Assembly: GCA_028275195.1 (NCBI GenBank)
Contig: JAPWVC010000001.1
Span: 1 to 33,917 of the forward strand
Length of the DNA: 33,917 nucleotides
Direction: 5' to 3'
Source of the DNA: Candidatus Acetothermia bacterium
Lineage (GTDB): Bacteria > Bipolaricaulota > Bipolaricaulia > RBG-16-55-9 > JANLFV01
How positions within the stretch are numbered: the stretch's first letter is position 1; every line of letters begins with the position of its first letter. Under the pieces are notes generated by a model. It saw nothing but the letters and a program-made list of their open reading frames with translations, did no database searches and was not told where the DNA came from. Position numbers and translations under genes: made by a program. Below, piece by piece: positions 16,377 through 23,468 of this stretch.

Positions 16377-18050
16377 ATGCCCGAGCTCCTGGCCAAGAAG
16401 CAGCTCCTCTTGGGGAATGAGGCGCTCGTCCGAGGGGCGCTCGAGGCCGGCTTGGGCTTCGCCACCACCTATCCTGGGACCCCGGCCTCGGAGATCGGGG
16501 ACACCCTCGCCCGCCTGGCGAAGGAGTGCGGGCTCTATTTTGAATACTCCGTCAATGAGAAGGTGGCCCTGGAGCTGGCCGCCGCGGCCGCGATCTCGGG
16601 GGTCCGCGCGCTCGTGGCGATGAAGCATGTCGGGCTGAATGTGGCCGCGGACGCCTTCATCAGCACCCTCTACACCGGGACGAGGGCGGGGCTCCTGGTC
16701 GTGACGGCCGACGATCCGAGCATGCACTCCTCCCAGAACGAGCAGGACAATCGCTACTACGCCTACCTCGCCGGGGCGCCGCTTCTGGAGCCTTCCGACC
16801 CGAAAGAGGCCTACGCTATGGCCAAGGCGGCCTTCCCCCTCTCGGAGGAGCTCGAGCTCCCGGTCCTGCTCCGGCTGACCACCAGGGTCGCGCACACCCG
16901 CGCGGGGGTGGAGGTCGGGAAGCTCCCGCAGGCCCGAGAGAGGAGGGTCAAAGGCCATTTCGAGAAGGACCCCTTCAGGTTCGTGATCGTCCCCTCCGTG
17001 GCCCGCCGGGCCCACAAGCTCCTCCTGGAGCGGCTGGCGCGGGCCGAGGCCCTTTCCGAGGGCTCGCCCTTCAACTTCCTCTTAGGGGAGGGAGAGGAGC
17101 TGGGGATCGCCACCTCGGGGGTCTCCTACACTTATGTCTACGATGCCATCGAGGAGTTAGGGGCCTGGGACCGCGTGAGGCTCCTGAAGCTGGGGATGAG
17201 CTATCCCCTGCCGAGGGAGCTCATCGCGCGGTTCCTGGAGTCGGTCGAGCGGGTCCTCGTGGTCGAGGAGCTCGAGCCCCTCTTGGAGGCAGCCCTCCGG
17301 GCGAGGGCCCAGGAGTTGGGGCTCAAAGTGAAGATCCTCGGGAAGGGGACGGGCGGGCTCTCGAGGCTCTATGAGTATGATCCCGACCGGGTGAGGAGCG
17401 CGCTCGCTCAAGCCCTAGGATTGAAGGAGGAGGAAGCGACCACTCCTCCGCCCGAGGCCGAGCCAGAGTGGAGGCTTCCTGATCGCCCGCCGGTCCTCTG
17501 TCCCGGCTGCCCCCACCGCGCCACATATTATGCCCTCAAGCTAGCTTTAGGGAAGGAGGCGGAGAACACGATCTTCACCACCGACATCGGCTGCTATACC
17601 TTGGGATTGCTCCCGCCCCTCTCCATGGCCGACCATCTGCTCTGCATGGGCTCGTCGGTCGGGACGGCCGGTGGCTTCGCCCGGGCCACGGACCAACGAG
17701 TGATCGCCTTCATCGGGGACTCGACCCTCTTCCATGCCGGGATACCCGCGATCGTCAATGCTGTCCATAATGGGCATAAGTTCTTGGTCGTGGTCCTGGA
17801 TAATCAGACGACGGCGATGACCGGGCACCAGCCCCATCCCGGGCTGGCCTCCTCGGCCTTGGGCCCGGCCGAGCCGGTCCCGCTCGAGCGACTCCTCTCA
17901 GGCTGCGGAGTCCGGAAGATCCATGTCATCGACCCGCAGGACCTTCAAGGGGCGGTCGCGGCCTTCCAGGAGGCCCTCAAGGAGAGCGAGGCGGAGCTGA
18001 CGGTCGTGATCTCCCGCCACCCTTGTGTGCTCCTCGGCCAGGAGGGCTGA
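16377..18050 (+). CDS. iorA: Indolepyruvate:ferredoxin oxidoreductase alpha subunit (TPP-binding), lacking the usual C-terminal ferredoxin module
   Basis: MPELLAKKQLLLGNEALVRGALEAGLGFATTYPGTPASEI, SVNEKVALELAAAAAISG, DDPSMHSSQNEQDNR, LCPGCPHRATYYAL, DIGCYTLG and GDSTLFHAG. The protein ends ...VISRHPCVLLGQEG with no CxxCxxCxxxCP motifs. Confidence 0.85.
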   Translation: MPELLAKKQLLLGNEALVRGALEAGLGFATTYPGTPASEIGDTLARLAKECGLYFEYSVNEKVALELAAAAAISGVRALVAMKHVGLNVAADAFISTLYTGTRAGLLVVTADDPSMHSSQNEQDNRYYAYLAGAPLLEPSDPKEAYAMAKAAFPLSEELELPVLLRLTTRVAHTRAGVEVGKLPQARERRVKGHFEKDPFRFVIVPSVARRAHKLLLERLARAEALSEGSPFNFLLGEGEELGIATSGVSYTYVYDAIEELGAWDRVRLLKLGMSYPLPRELIARFLESVERVLVVEELEPLLEAALRARAQELGLKVKILGKGTGGLSRLYEYDPDRVRSALAQALGLKEEEATTPPPEAEPEWRLPDRPPVLCPGCPHRATYYALKLALGKEAENTIFTTDIGCYTLGLLPPLSMADHLLCMGSSVGTAGGFARATDQRVIAFIGDSTLFHAGIPAIVNAVHNGHKFLVVVLDNQTTAMTGHQPHPGLASSALGPAEPVPLERLLSGCGVRKIHVIDPQDLQGAVAAFQEALKESEAELTVVISRHPCVLLGQEG

Positions 18051-18057
18051 AATTGGA

Positions 18058-19800
18058 ATGGCCTCAGTAAAGGTCGATCTCACGAGGTGCAAGCGCTGCT
18101 GGAACCGCCAGCCGGGCTTCCGCTGCCCCGTCCCGTTCGAGCTCTTGTATGAATCCTTCCGGGCGTTGCAGAAGGTCCAGGCCGGTATGGGCATGGGCAA
18201 GATGGCCCTCCCGCCCTGCGTCGCTGCCTGCCCGGCCAACATCTGTGTCCAAGGGTATGTCGGGCTGGTTGCCGCTGGCCTCTATGAGGAGGCCTACCGG
18301 CTCATCCGCTCGAGAGTCCCTTTTCCTCACACCCTGGGGCTCGTCTGCCCCGGGCCGTGTGAGCGGAGCTGCATCCGGGGCGATTACGATCAGCCGGTCG
18401 CGATCAATGCCCTGAAGCGGTTCGCCGCGGAGCGAACTAGCCCAGCGGCCCGGCGGCGGCTCCTCGAGGAGCTGAAGGCCGGGATCATTGAGAACGGCCT
18501 GGAAGTGGCGGTCGTCGGGGCCGGCCCGGCGGGGCTCACTTGCGCCCACGACCTTCGGCTCCGGGGCTATGCCGTGACGATCTATGAAGCCCTCGAGAGG
18601 CCGGGCGGGCTCTTGCTCACTGGGATCCCGGCCTACCGCCTCCCTCGACCGGTGCTCGAGGAGGAATTAGCGGAGATCTTTGAGCTCGGGGTGAAATTTG
18701 CGGGCGGCCTCCGCCTCGGGGTTGACCTGGAGCTCGCGGATCTCCTGGAAGGCACGAGCGCGGTCTTCCTCGCCGCGGGGGCCCAGAGCGCTACCAGGCT
18801 GAACATCCCCGGGGAGGAGGCCGAGGGGGTCTACGAGGCCCTCGCCTTCCTGAGGGAGGTGAACCTCGGCGGGAGGCCGAAGGTCGGGCCAGCCGTAGCA
18901 GTGATCGGCGGCGGGGACGCGGCGGTCGACGGGGCACGGGTCGCACTCCGCCTTGGGGCAGAGAAGGTCTCGATCCTGTATCGTCGGTCGCGGGCGGAGA
19001 TGCCGGCCCACAGCGAGCAGCTCGCTCAAGCCGAGGCCGAGGGGGTCGAGCTGCTCGAGCGGGTCGCGCCCGTCCGGTTCATCGTTGAGTCGGGAAGGCT
19101 CCGGGCCATCGAGCTGGTCCGGACGGAGCTGGGCGAGCCGGACGCCAGTGGCCGCCGGCGGCCGATCCCGGTCCCCGGCTCCGAATTTATTCTGGAGGCG
19201 GAGACCGCGCTCGTGGCCGCGGGGCAGAGGCCGGAGCCGGGCCTCCTCGCGGGATTGGGCATCGAACTGGACGAGGCCGGCCTACCCCGCGTGGACCAGA
19301 ACATGATGACCTCAGTCGAGGGCCTCTTCGCTGGGGGGGACCTCACCACCGGCCCGGGGACGGTCATCTCCGCGATCGCCGCGGGGAAGCGGGCCGCGGC
19401 GGGGATCGACCTCTACCTCCGGGGCGAGCGGGCCGAGCCGGTCTACTTCGCCTCCTTAGCCGACCTGGAGCATGAGGAGCGCTACCATCCCCCGGAGGTC
19501 CCTCGCCGCTCCAGGGCTGCCCCGCCCCAGGCCCCGGCCACCGCTCGGCGCGAGGACTTCCGCCAGGTCGAGCTCGGCCTCGATGAGGTGGAGGCCCAAG
19601 CGGAGGCCCGGAGGTGCCTGGCCTGCGGCCTCTGCGCCAACTGCAATGCCTGCTTGGACACCTTCGGCTGCCCGGCCATCTCCCTGGACGAGGCGGGCCA
19701 GATCGCGATCGAAGAGGCACTCTGCAATGGCTGTGGGGTCTGCCCCCAGCTCTGCCCCAACGATGCCCTGATCGAGGCCGAGGAGGGGCCCGATGCCTGA
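18058..19800 (+). CDS. GltD/NfnB-like FAD- and NAD(P)H-binding iron-sulfur flavoprotein fused to a C-terminal 2x[4Fe-4S] ferredoxin-like module
   Basis: The N-terminal Cys-rich region reads CVAACPANICVQGY...VCPGPCERSC. There are two Rossmann motifs, VAVVGAGPAGLTCAHDL and VAVIGGGDAAVDGA...ILYRRS. LFAGGDLTTGPGTVISAIAAGKRAA is also present. A Pro/Arg-rich linker precedes CLACGLCANCNACLDTFGCPAI...CNGCGVCPQLCPNDAL. The ATG at 18058 lies 7 nt after the iorA stop. Confidence 0.8.
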   Translation: MASVKVDLTRCKRCWNRQPGFRCPVPFELLYESFRALQKVQAGMGMGKMALPPCVAACPANICVQGYVGLVAAGLYEEAYRLIRSRVPFPHTLGLVCPGPCERSCIRGDYDQPVAINALKRFAAERTSPAARRRLLEELKAGIIENGLEVAVVGAGPAGLTCAHDLRLRGYAVTIYEALERPGGLLLTGIPAYRLPRPVLEEELAEIFELGVKFAGGLRLGVDLELADLLEGTSAVFLAAGAQSATRLNIPGEEAEGVYEALAFLREVNLGGRPKVGPAVAVIGGGDAAVDGARVALRLGAEKVSILYRRSRAEMPAHSEQLAQAEAEGVELLERVAPVRFIVESGRLRAIELVRTELGEPDASGRRRPIPVPGSEFILEAETALVAAGQRPEPGLLAGLGIELDEAGLPRVDQNMMTSVEGLFAGGDLTTGPGTVISAIAAGKRAAAGIDLYLRGERAEPVYFASLADLEHEERYHPPEVPRRSRAAPPQAPATARREDFRQVELGLDEVEAQAEARRCLACGLCANCNACLDTFGCPAISLDEAGQIAIEEALCNGCGVCPQLCPNDALIEAEEGPDA

Positions 19801-20422
19801 ACGCTTGAGGATCTACATCATCGGTGTCGGGGGGCAGGGGACTCTCACCGTCGCGCGGCTCCTGGGGGAGACCGCCCTCCGCCGGGGCCTCGAGGCTGTA
19901 GTGAGCGAGGTCCATGGGATGGCCCAGCGGGGCGGGATCGTCGAGACCGCGGTCCTCCTCGGGGGGTATAAAGGCCCGGTCCTCGGCCGGGGCGGGGCCG
20001 AGGTGATCCTGGCCTTCGAGCCCTTGGAGGCCTTGAGGGCGGTCTTGGCCTTCGGGAAGGCCTCCCCGCGGAGCTGGGTCCTCACCAATACTCATCCGAT
20101 CAGGCCGATCACGGTCTCGCTCAAACTCGGGGAGTATCCGGACCTCGAGCGGGCCCTCGCCGAGTTAGAGGGGCGAGTGGCGCGGCTGATCAAGCTCGAT
20201 GCGACGGCCTTGGCTGAGGAGGCCGGCTCGCCCCTCTCGTTGAACATGGTGATGCTCGGGGCATTGGCCGCTACGGAGCTCCTTCCCTTCCCCGCGGAGG
20301 CGCTCGAGGAGGGGATCAGGGCCTTCGCCCCCGGCTGGGCCGCGGTGAACTTGAGGGCCTTCCAGCTCGGGCGAGAGGCCGTGGCTCGGGCTCTGGCTGA
20401 GACCCGGACCACCGCGGGGTGA
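19793..20422 (+). CDS. iorB: Indolepyruvate oxidoreductase beta subunit
   Basis: IYIIGVGGQGTLTVARLLGE, SEVHGMAQRGGIVETAV, ILAFEPLEALR and LSLNMVMLGALA. It overlaps the preceding gene by 8 nt. Confidence 0.85.
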   Translation: MPERLRIYIIGVGGQGTLTVARLLGETALRRGLEAVVSEVHGMAQRGGIVETAVLLGGYKGPVLGRGGAEVILAFEPLEALRAVLAFGKASPRSWVLTNTHPIRPITVSLKLGEYPDLERALAELEGRVARLIKLDATALAEEAGSPLSLNMVMLGALAATELLPFPAEALEEGIRAFAPGWAAVNLRAFQLGREAVARALAETRTTAG

Positions 20423-20441
20423 TCGAATTCCCCCTCTCAGG

Positions 20442-20460
20442 GAGGGAAGATCCTTCCCTC
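20442..20460 (+). terminator. 8-bp stem, 3-nt loop hairpin (GAGGGAAG-atc-CTTCCCTC) after iorB, with no U-tract
   Basis: A perfect inverted repeat read directly from the sequence, 20 nt after the iorB stop and upstream of the pdxS -10 box. Confidence 0.35.
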
Positions 20461-20487
20461 GCCCTTGAGGGGCCTCTTCGGGCTCGG

Positions 20488-20493
20488 TATAAT
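20488..20493 (+). promoter_or_regulatory. -10 box TATAAT upstream of pdxS
   Basis: ctcggTATAATtcgactgcaattctattAAGGGAGGAGGGAGAATG. The leader is roughly 25 nt with a strong Shine-Dalgarno. Confidence 0.5.
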
Positions 20494-20525
20494 TCGACTG
20501 CAATTCTATTAAGGGAGGAGGGAGA

Positions 20526-21401
20526 ATGGAACGCGGGACCTTCAGGGTGAAGAGCGGTCTGGCGGAGATGCTCAAGGGCGGGGTAATCATGGATGTCACT
20601 AACGCTGAGCAGGCGAGGATCGCCGAGGCGGCCGGAGCGGTGGCGGTGATGGCCCTCGAGCGGGTCCCGGCCGACATTCGTGCCGCCGGGGGAGTGGCGC
20701 GGATGGCCGATCCTCAGAAGATCAAGGAGATCCAGGAGGCCGTCTCGATCCCGGTGATGGCCAAGTGCCGGATCGGCCACTTCGTGGAGGCCCAGATCCT
20801 CGAGGCCCTCGGGGTCGATTACATCGATGAGTCCGAGGTGCTCACCCCCGCGGACCCCTGGCACCACATCGATAAGTGGCGGTTCAAAGTCCCGTTCGTC
20901 TGCGGCTGCCGCGACCTAGGGGAGGCGGCAAGGAGGTTGGCCGAGGGGGCGGCGATGCTCCGGACTAAAGGGGAGGCAGGGACGGGGAATGTGATCGAGG
21001 CCGTCCGGCACATGCGCTTGATCAATAAGCAGGTCCGCGAGGTCTGTCATATGCCGGAGGAGGAACTGGTGGAGTTCGCCAAGGAGATCGGAGCCCCCCT
21101 CGCGGTCCTCCAGTTGATCGCCGAGACCGGCCGCCTCCCGGTGGTGAACTTCGCCGCTGGTGGGATCGCCACTCCGGCCGACGCGGCGATGATGATGCAG
21201 CTCGGGGCGGATGGGGTCTTCGTCGGGAGCGGGATCTTCAAGTCTAGTGATCCGGAGAAGCGGGCGAGGGCGATCGTCCAGGCCGTCACATACTATAATG
21301 ACCCCCAGAAGCTGGCCGAGGTCAGCACCGGTCTGGGCGAGCCGATGAAGGGGATCCCCATCGAGGCGATCCCTCAAGAGCAACTGCTCCAGACGAGATG
21401 A
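20526..21401 (+). CDS. pdxS: Pyridoxal 5'-phosphate synthase lyase subunit PdxS
   Basis: [62 protein letters not shown] and [14 protein letters not shown]. Confidence 0.95.
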   Translation: MERGTFRVKSGLAEMLKGGVIMDVTNAEQARIAEAAGAVAVMALERVPADIRAAGGVARMADPQKIKEIQEAVSIPVMAKCRIGHFVEAQILEALGVDYIDESEVLTPADPWHHIDKWRFKVPFVCGCRDLGEAARRLAEGAAMLRTKGEAGTGNVIEAVRHMRLINKQVREVCHMPEEELVEFAKEIGAPLAVLQLIAETGRLPVVNFAAGGIATPADAAMMMQLGADGVFVGSGIFKSSDPEKRARAIVQAVTYYNDPQKLAEVSTGLGEPMKGIPIEAIPQEQLLQTR

Positions 21402-21485
21402 GACGGCCTCTGGAGCGCTTGCATGCTGGCAGGCGCGTAGAGTGCGATCTTGCCGGCGGGCGCACTCGCGAATGCTAATGTTGGG

Positions 21486-22049
21486 ATGAGAGTCGGGGTC
21501 CTGGCGCTACAGGGCGACTTCCGGGAGCACCTCCAGGCGGTGGAGCGCCTGGGTGCTCGGGGGGTCGAGGTCCGCCGGCCCTGGGATTTGGAGGGGGTGG
21601 AGCGGCTGATCATCCCCGGGGGCGAATCGACGGCCATCTCCCTCCTCTTGCGGGAGAGCGGCCTCGATGAGGAGCTCCGGCGATTGGGGAGAGCCGGGCT
21701 CCCACTCTTCGGGACCTGTGCCGGGCTGATCCTCCTGGCGCGGGAGGTCCTGGGAGAGGATCGGGTCGCCCCGCTCGGTCTGATCGACATCACCGTGAGG
21801 AGGAACGCCTATGGCCGGCAGATCGAGAGCTTCGAGGAGGACCTCGAGGTCAAGGGGCTCGGGCCGACGCCGCTCCGGGCTGTCTTCATCCGGGCCCCGA
21901 AGATCGTGGCCTTCGGCCCGAGAGTCGAGGTCCTGGCCTATCAGGATGGGCTGCCGGTCCTGGCCCGGGAAGGGAAGGTCCTGGTGAGCAGCTTCCATCC
22001 CGAGCTAACGGGGGACCTCCGGCTCCATCGCTATTTCCTGGGGCTATGA
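21486..22049 (+). CDS. pdxT: Pyridoxal 5'-phosphate synthase glutaminase subunit PdxT
   Basis: MRVGVLALQGDFREHL, LIIPGGESTA, GTCAGLILLA, VRRNAYGRQ and FIRAP...SFHPELT. I chose the internal ATG at 21486 because homologs start there. Confidence 0.92.
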   Translation: MRVGVLALQGDFREHLQAVERLGARGVEVRRPWDLEGVERLIIPGGESTAISLLLRESGLDEELRRLGRAGLPLFGTCAGLILLAREVLGEDRVAPLGLIDITVRRNAYGRQIESFEEDLEVKGLGPTPLRAVFIRAPKIVAFGPRVEVLAYQDGLPVLAREGKVLVSSFHPELTGDLRLHRYFLGL

Positions 22050-22064
22050 AGGAAGGGGGGTGGG

Positions 22065-22886
22065 GTGGGGAGCAGTGACCAGGCGGTCTTTGAGCCCAAG
22101 GGCGAGAGCAAGAGCAGGATCAGTGGGTTGGTGCGCCAACTCGCCTGGGGGGCACTCAAGCTCCTCTATCCGCCTCATTGCTACCTTTGCAATGCCCCCA
22201 TCGCCGCCGAGGCCGGCTACATCTGCTCCACATGCTACGCCGGGCTCCCTCGCCCTAAGCCGGATGAGCCGGAATGCGCCCGTTGCGGCGGGCCCCTCAC
22301 CGCTGGCGCTGACGCCGACCTCTGCCTGGACTGCGCCAATCGGCCCTGGTTCTTCAATGAGGCCCGGAGCTTCGGCTTCTACGAGGCCGGGCTGGCCGAG
22401 CTGGTCAAGGGCCTAAAGTATGGGGGCGAGCGGGCCCTGGCCCGCGAGCTTGCCCGCTACCTTCTGGAGGCCGGGGAGGGGCTTTTGGCCCGGGCCGAGG
22501 CCCTCACCTTCGTCCCTTTAACCGAGGCTAAGCTCCATCAAAGGGGGTTCAACCAGGCCGAGCTCTTAGCCCGGGAGTTGAGCAAGCTGGCGAAGCTCCC
22601 GGTCGTCCCCGCCCTGGCGAAGGTCCGCGAGACCGCCGATCAAACGGCCCTCAAGCCCCAGGAGCGGCTGGAGAATGTCCATGGGGCCTTCGCCCCAGTT
22701 GGCCGGGCCAGATGCGAGAGGATCTTGCTGGTCGACGATGTCTACACCACCGGGGCGACGGCGGAGGAGTGCAGCCGGGCCCTCCGCGAGGGCGGGTATG
22801 AGGAGGTCTATGTCCTGACCGTCGCCCGGACGAGGTGGAAGGAGGCCAGTGATGGAGCTCAATCTCAAACCCAAGCTCGAGCTTGA
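22065..22886 (+). CDS. comF: ComF family protein (phosphoribosyltransferase domain, ComFC-like)
   Basis: An N-terminal double Cys-pair zinc ribbon (CYLC...CSTC; CARCG...CLDC) is present. So are KYGGERALA, RGFNQAELLAREL, RLENVHGAF and LLVDDVYTTGAT. The start is GTG after a GAAGGAAGGGGGG purine run. Confidence 0.85.
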   Translation: MGSSDQAVFEPKGESKSRISGLVRQLAWGALKLLYPPHCYLCNAPIAAEAGYICSTCYAGLPRPKPDEPECARCGGPLTAGADADLCLDCANRPWFFNEARSFGFYEAGLAELVKGLKYGGERALARELARYLLEAGEGLLARAEALTFVPLTEAKLHQRGFNQAELLARELSKLAKLPVVPALAKVRETADQTALKPQERLENVHGAFAPVGRARCERILLVDDVYTTGATAEECSRALREGGYEEVYVLTVARTRWKEASDGAQSQTQARA

Positions 22887-23463
22887 GCGGCTCGTGCTCG
22901 GCGAGCTCGCCACGAATTGTTACATCTTGAAGGCCGGCGAGGAGGCCGGAGTCATCGACCCCGGTGCGGAGGACGAGCGGTTGCTCAGGGCCCTTGCGGG
23001 CCATCGCCTCCGGTATATCCTCCTCACTCACGCCCATCCCGACCACCTCGGCGGGGTCCCCCGGCTCAAGCGGGAGTTCCCCGGGGCGAGCCTCCTCCTC
23101 CACGGCGCTGATCTGGAGGGCCTCCGGTGGTTCCTCCCCCAGCTCGAGCCGGATGGCCTCCTCGAGGAAGGCACGACCCTCAAGCTCGGGAAGGAGGAGT
23201 TGCGGGTCCTCCACACCCCGGGCCACTCGCCCGGGAGCGTCGTCTTCATGCTCACGGGCGATGGTCGGCTCTTCGTGGGGGACCTCCTCTTCCGGGACTC
23301 GATCGGGCGGGTGGACCTACCCGGGGGCTCGCCGAGCGAGATGGCCCATTCCTTGAGGCGGCTCGTCGGGTTGAACGGGGATTTCCGGGTCTATCCCGGC
23401 CATGGGCCGGAGACGACCCTAGCCCGGGAGCGGGCCTGCAACCCCTTCCTGAGGGGGCTCTAG
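22852..23463 (+). CDS. MBL-fold metallo-hydrolase (glyoxalase II-like)
   Basis: NCYIL, ILLTHAHPDHLGG, HTPGHSPGS, GDLLF..SIGR.DLPGG and YPGHGPET. GGAGG lies 6 nt upstream of the ATG at 22852. It overlaps the comF 3' end. Confidence 0.85.
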   Translation: MELNLKPKLELERLVLGELATNCYILKAGEEAGVIDPGAEDERLLRALAGHRLRYILLTHAHPDHLGGVPRLKREFPGASLLLHGADLEGLRWFLPQLEPDGLLEEGTTLKLGKEELRVLHTPGHSPGSVVFMLTGDGRLFVGDLLFRDSIGRVDLPGGSPSEMAHSLRRLVGLNGDFRVYPGHGPETTLARERACNPFLRGL

Positions 23464-23468
23464 GCGCG

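Noticed and set aside
21440-21467. Inverted repeat GAGTGCG...CGCACTC in the pdxS-pdxT spacer, considered as a possible attenuator.
   Set aside because: It has only a 7-bp stem with a 14-nt loop and no U-tract. pdxS and pdxT are normally co-expressed. It is too weak to call from sequence alone.
23127-23468. 114-codon N-terminal extension of the DnaG ORF.
   Set aside because: The extension is Pro/Gly/Arg-rich and overlaps the well-supported MBL hydrolase gene in another frame. Primase homology (zinc finger) begins just after the ATG at 23469, which directly follows the MBL stop.
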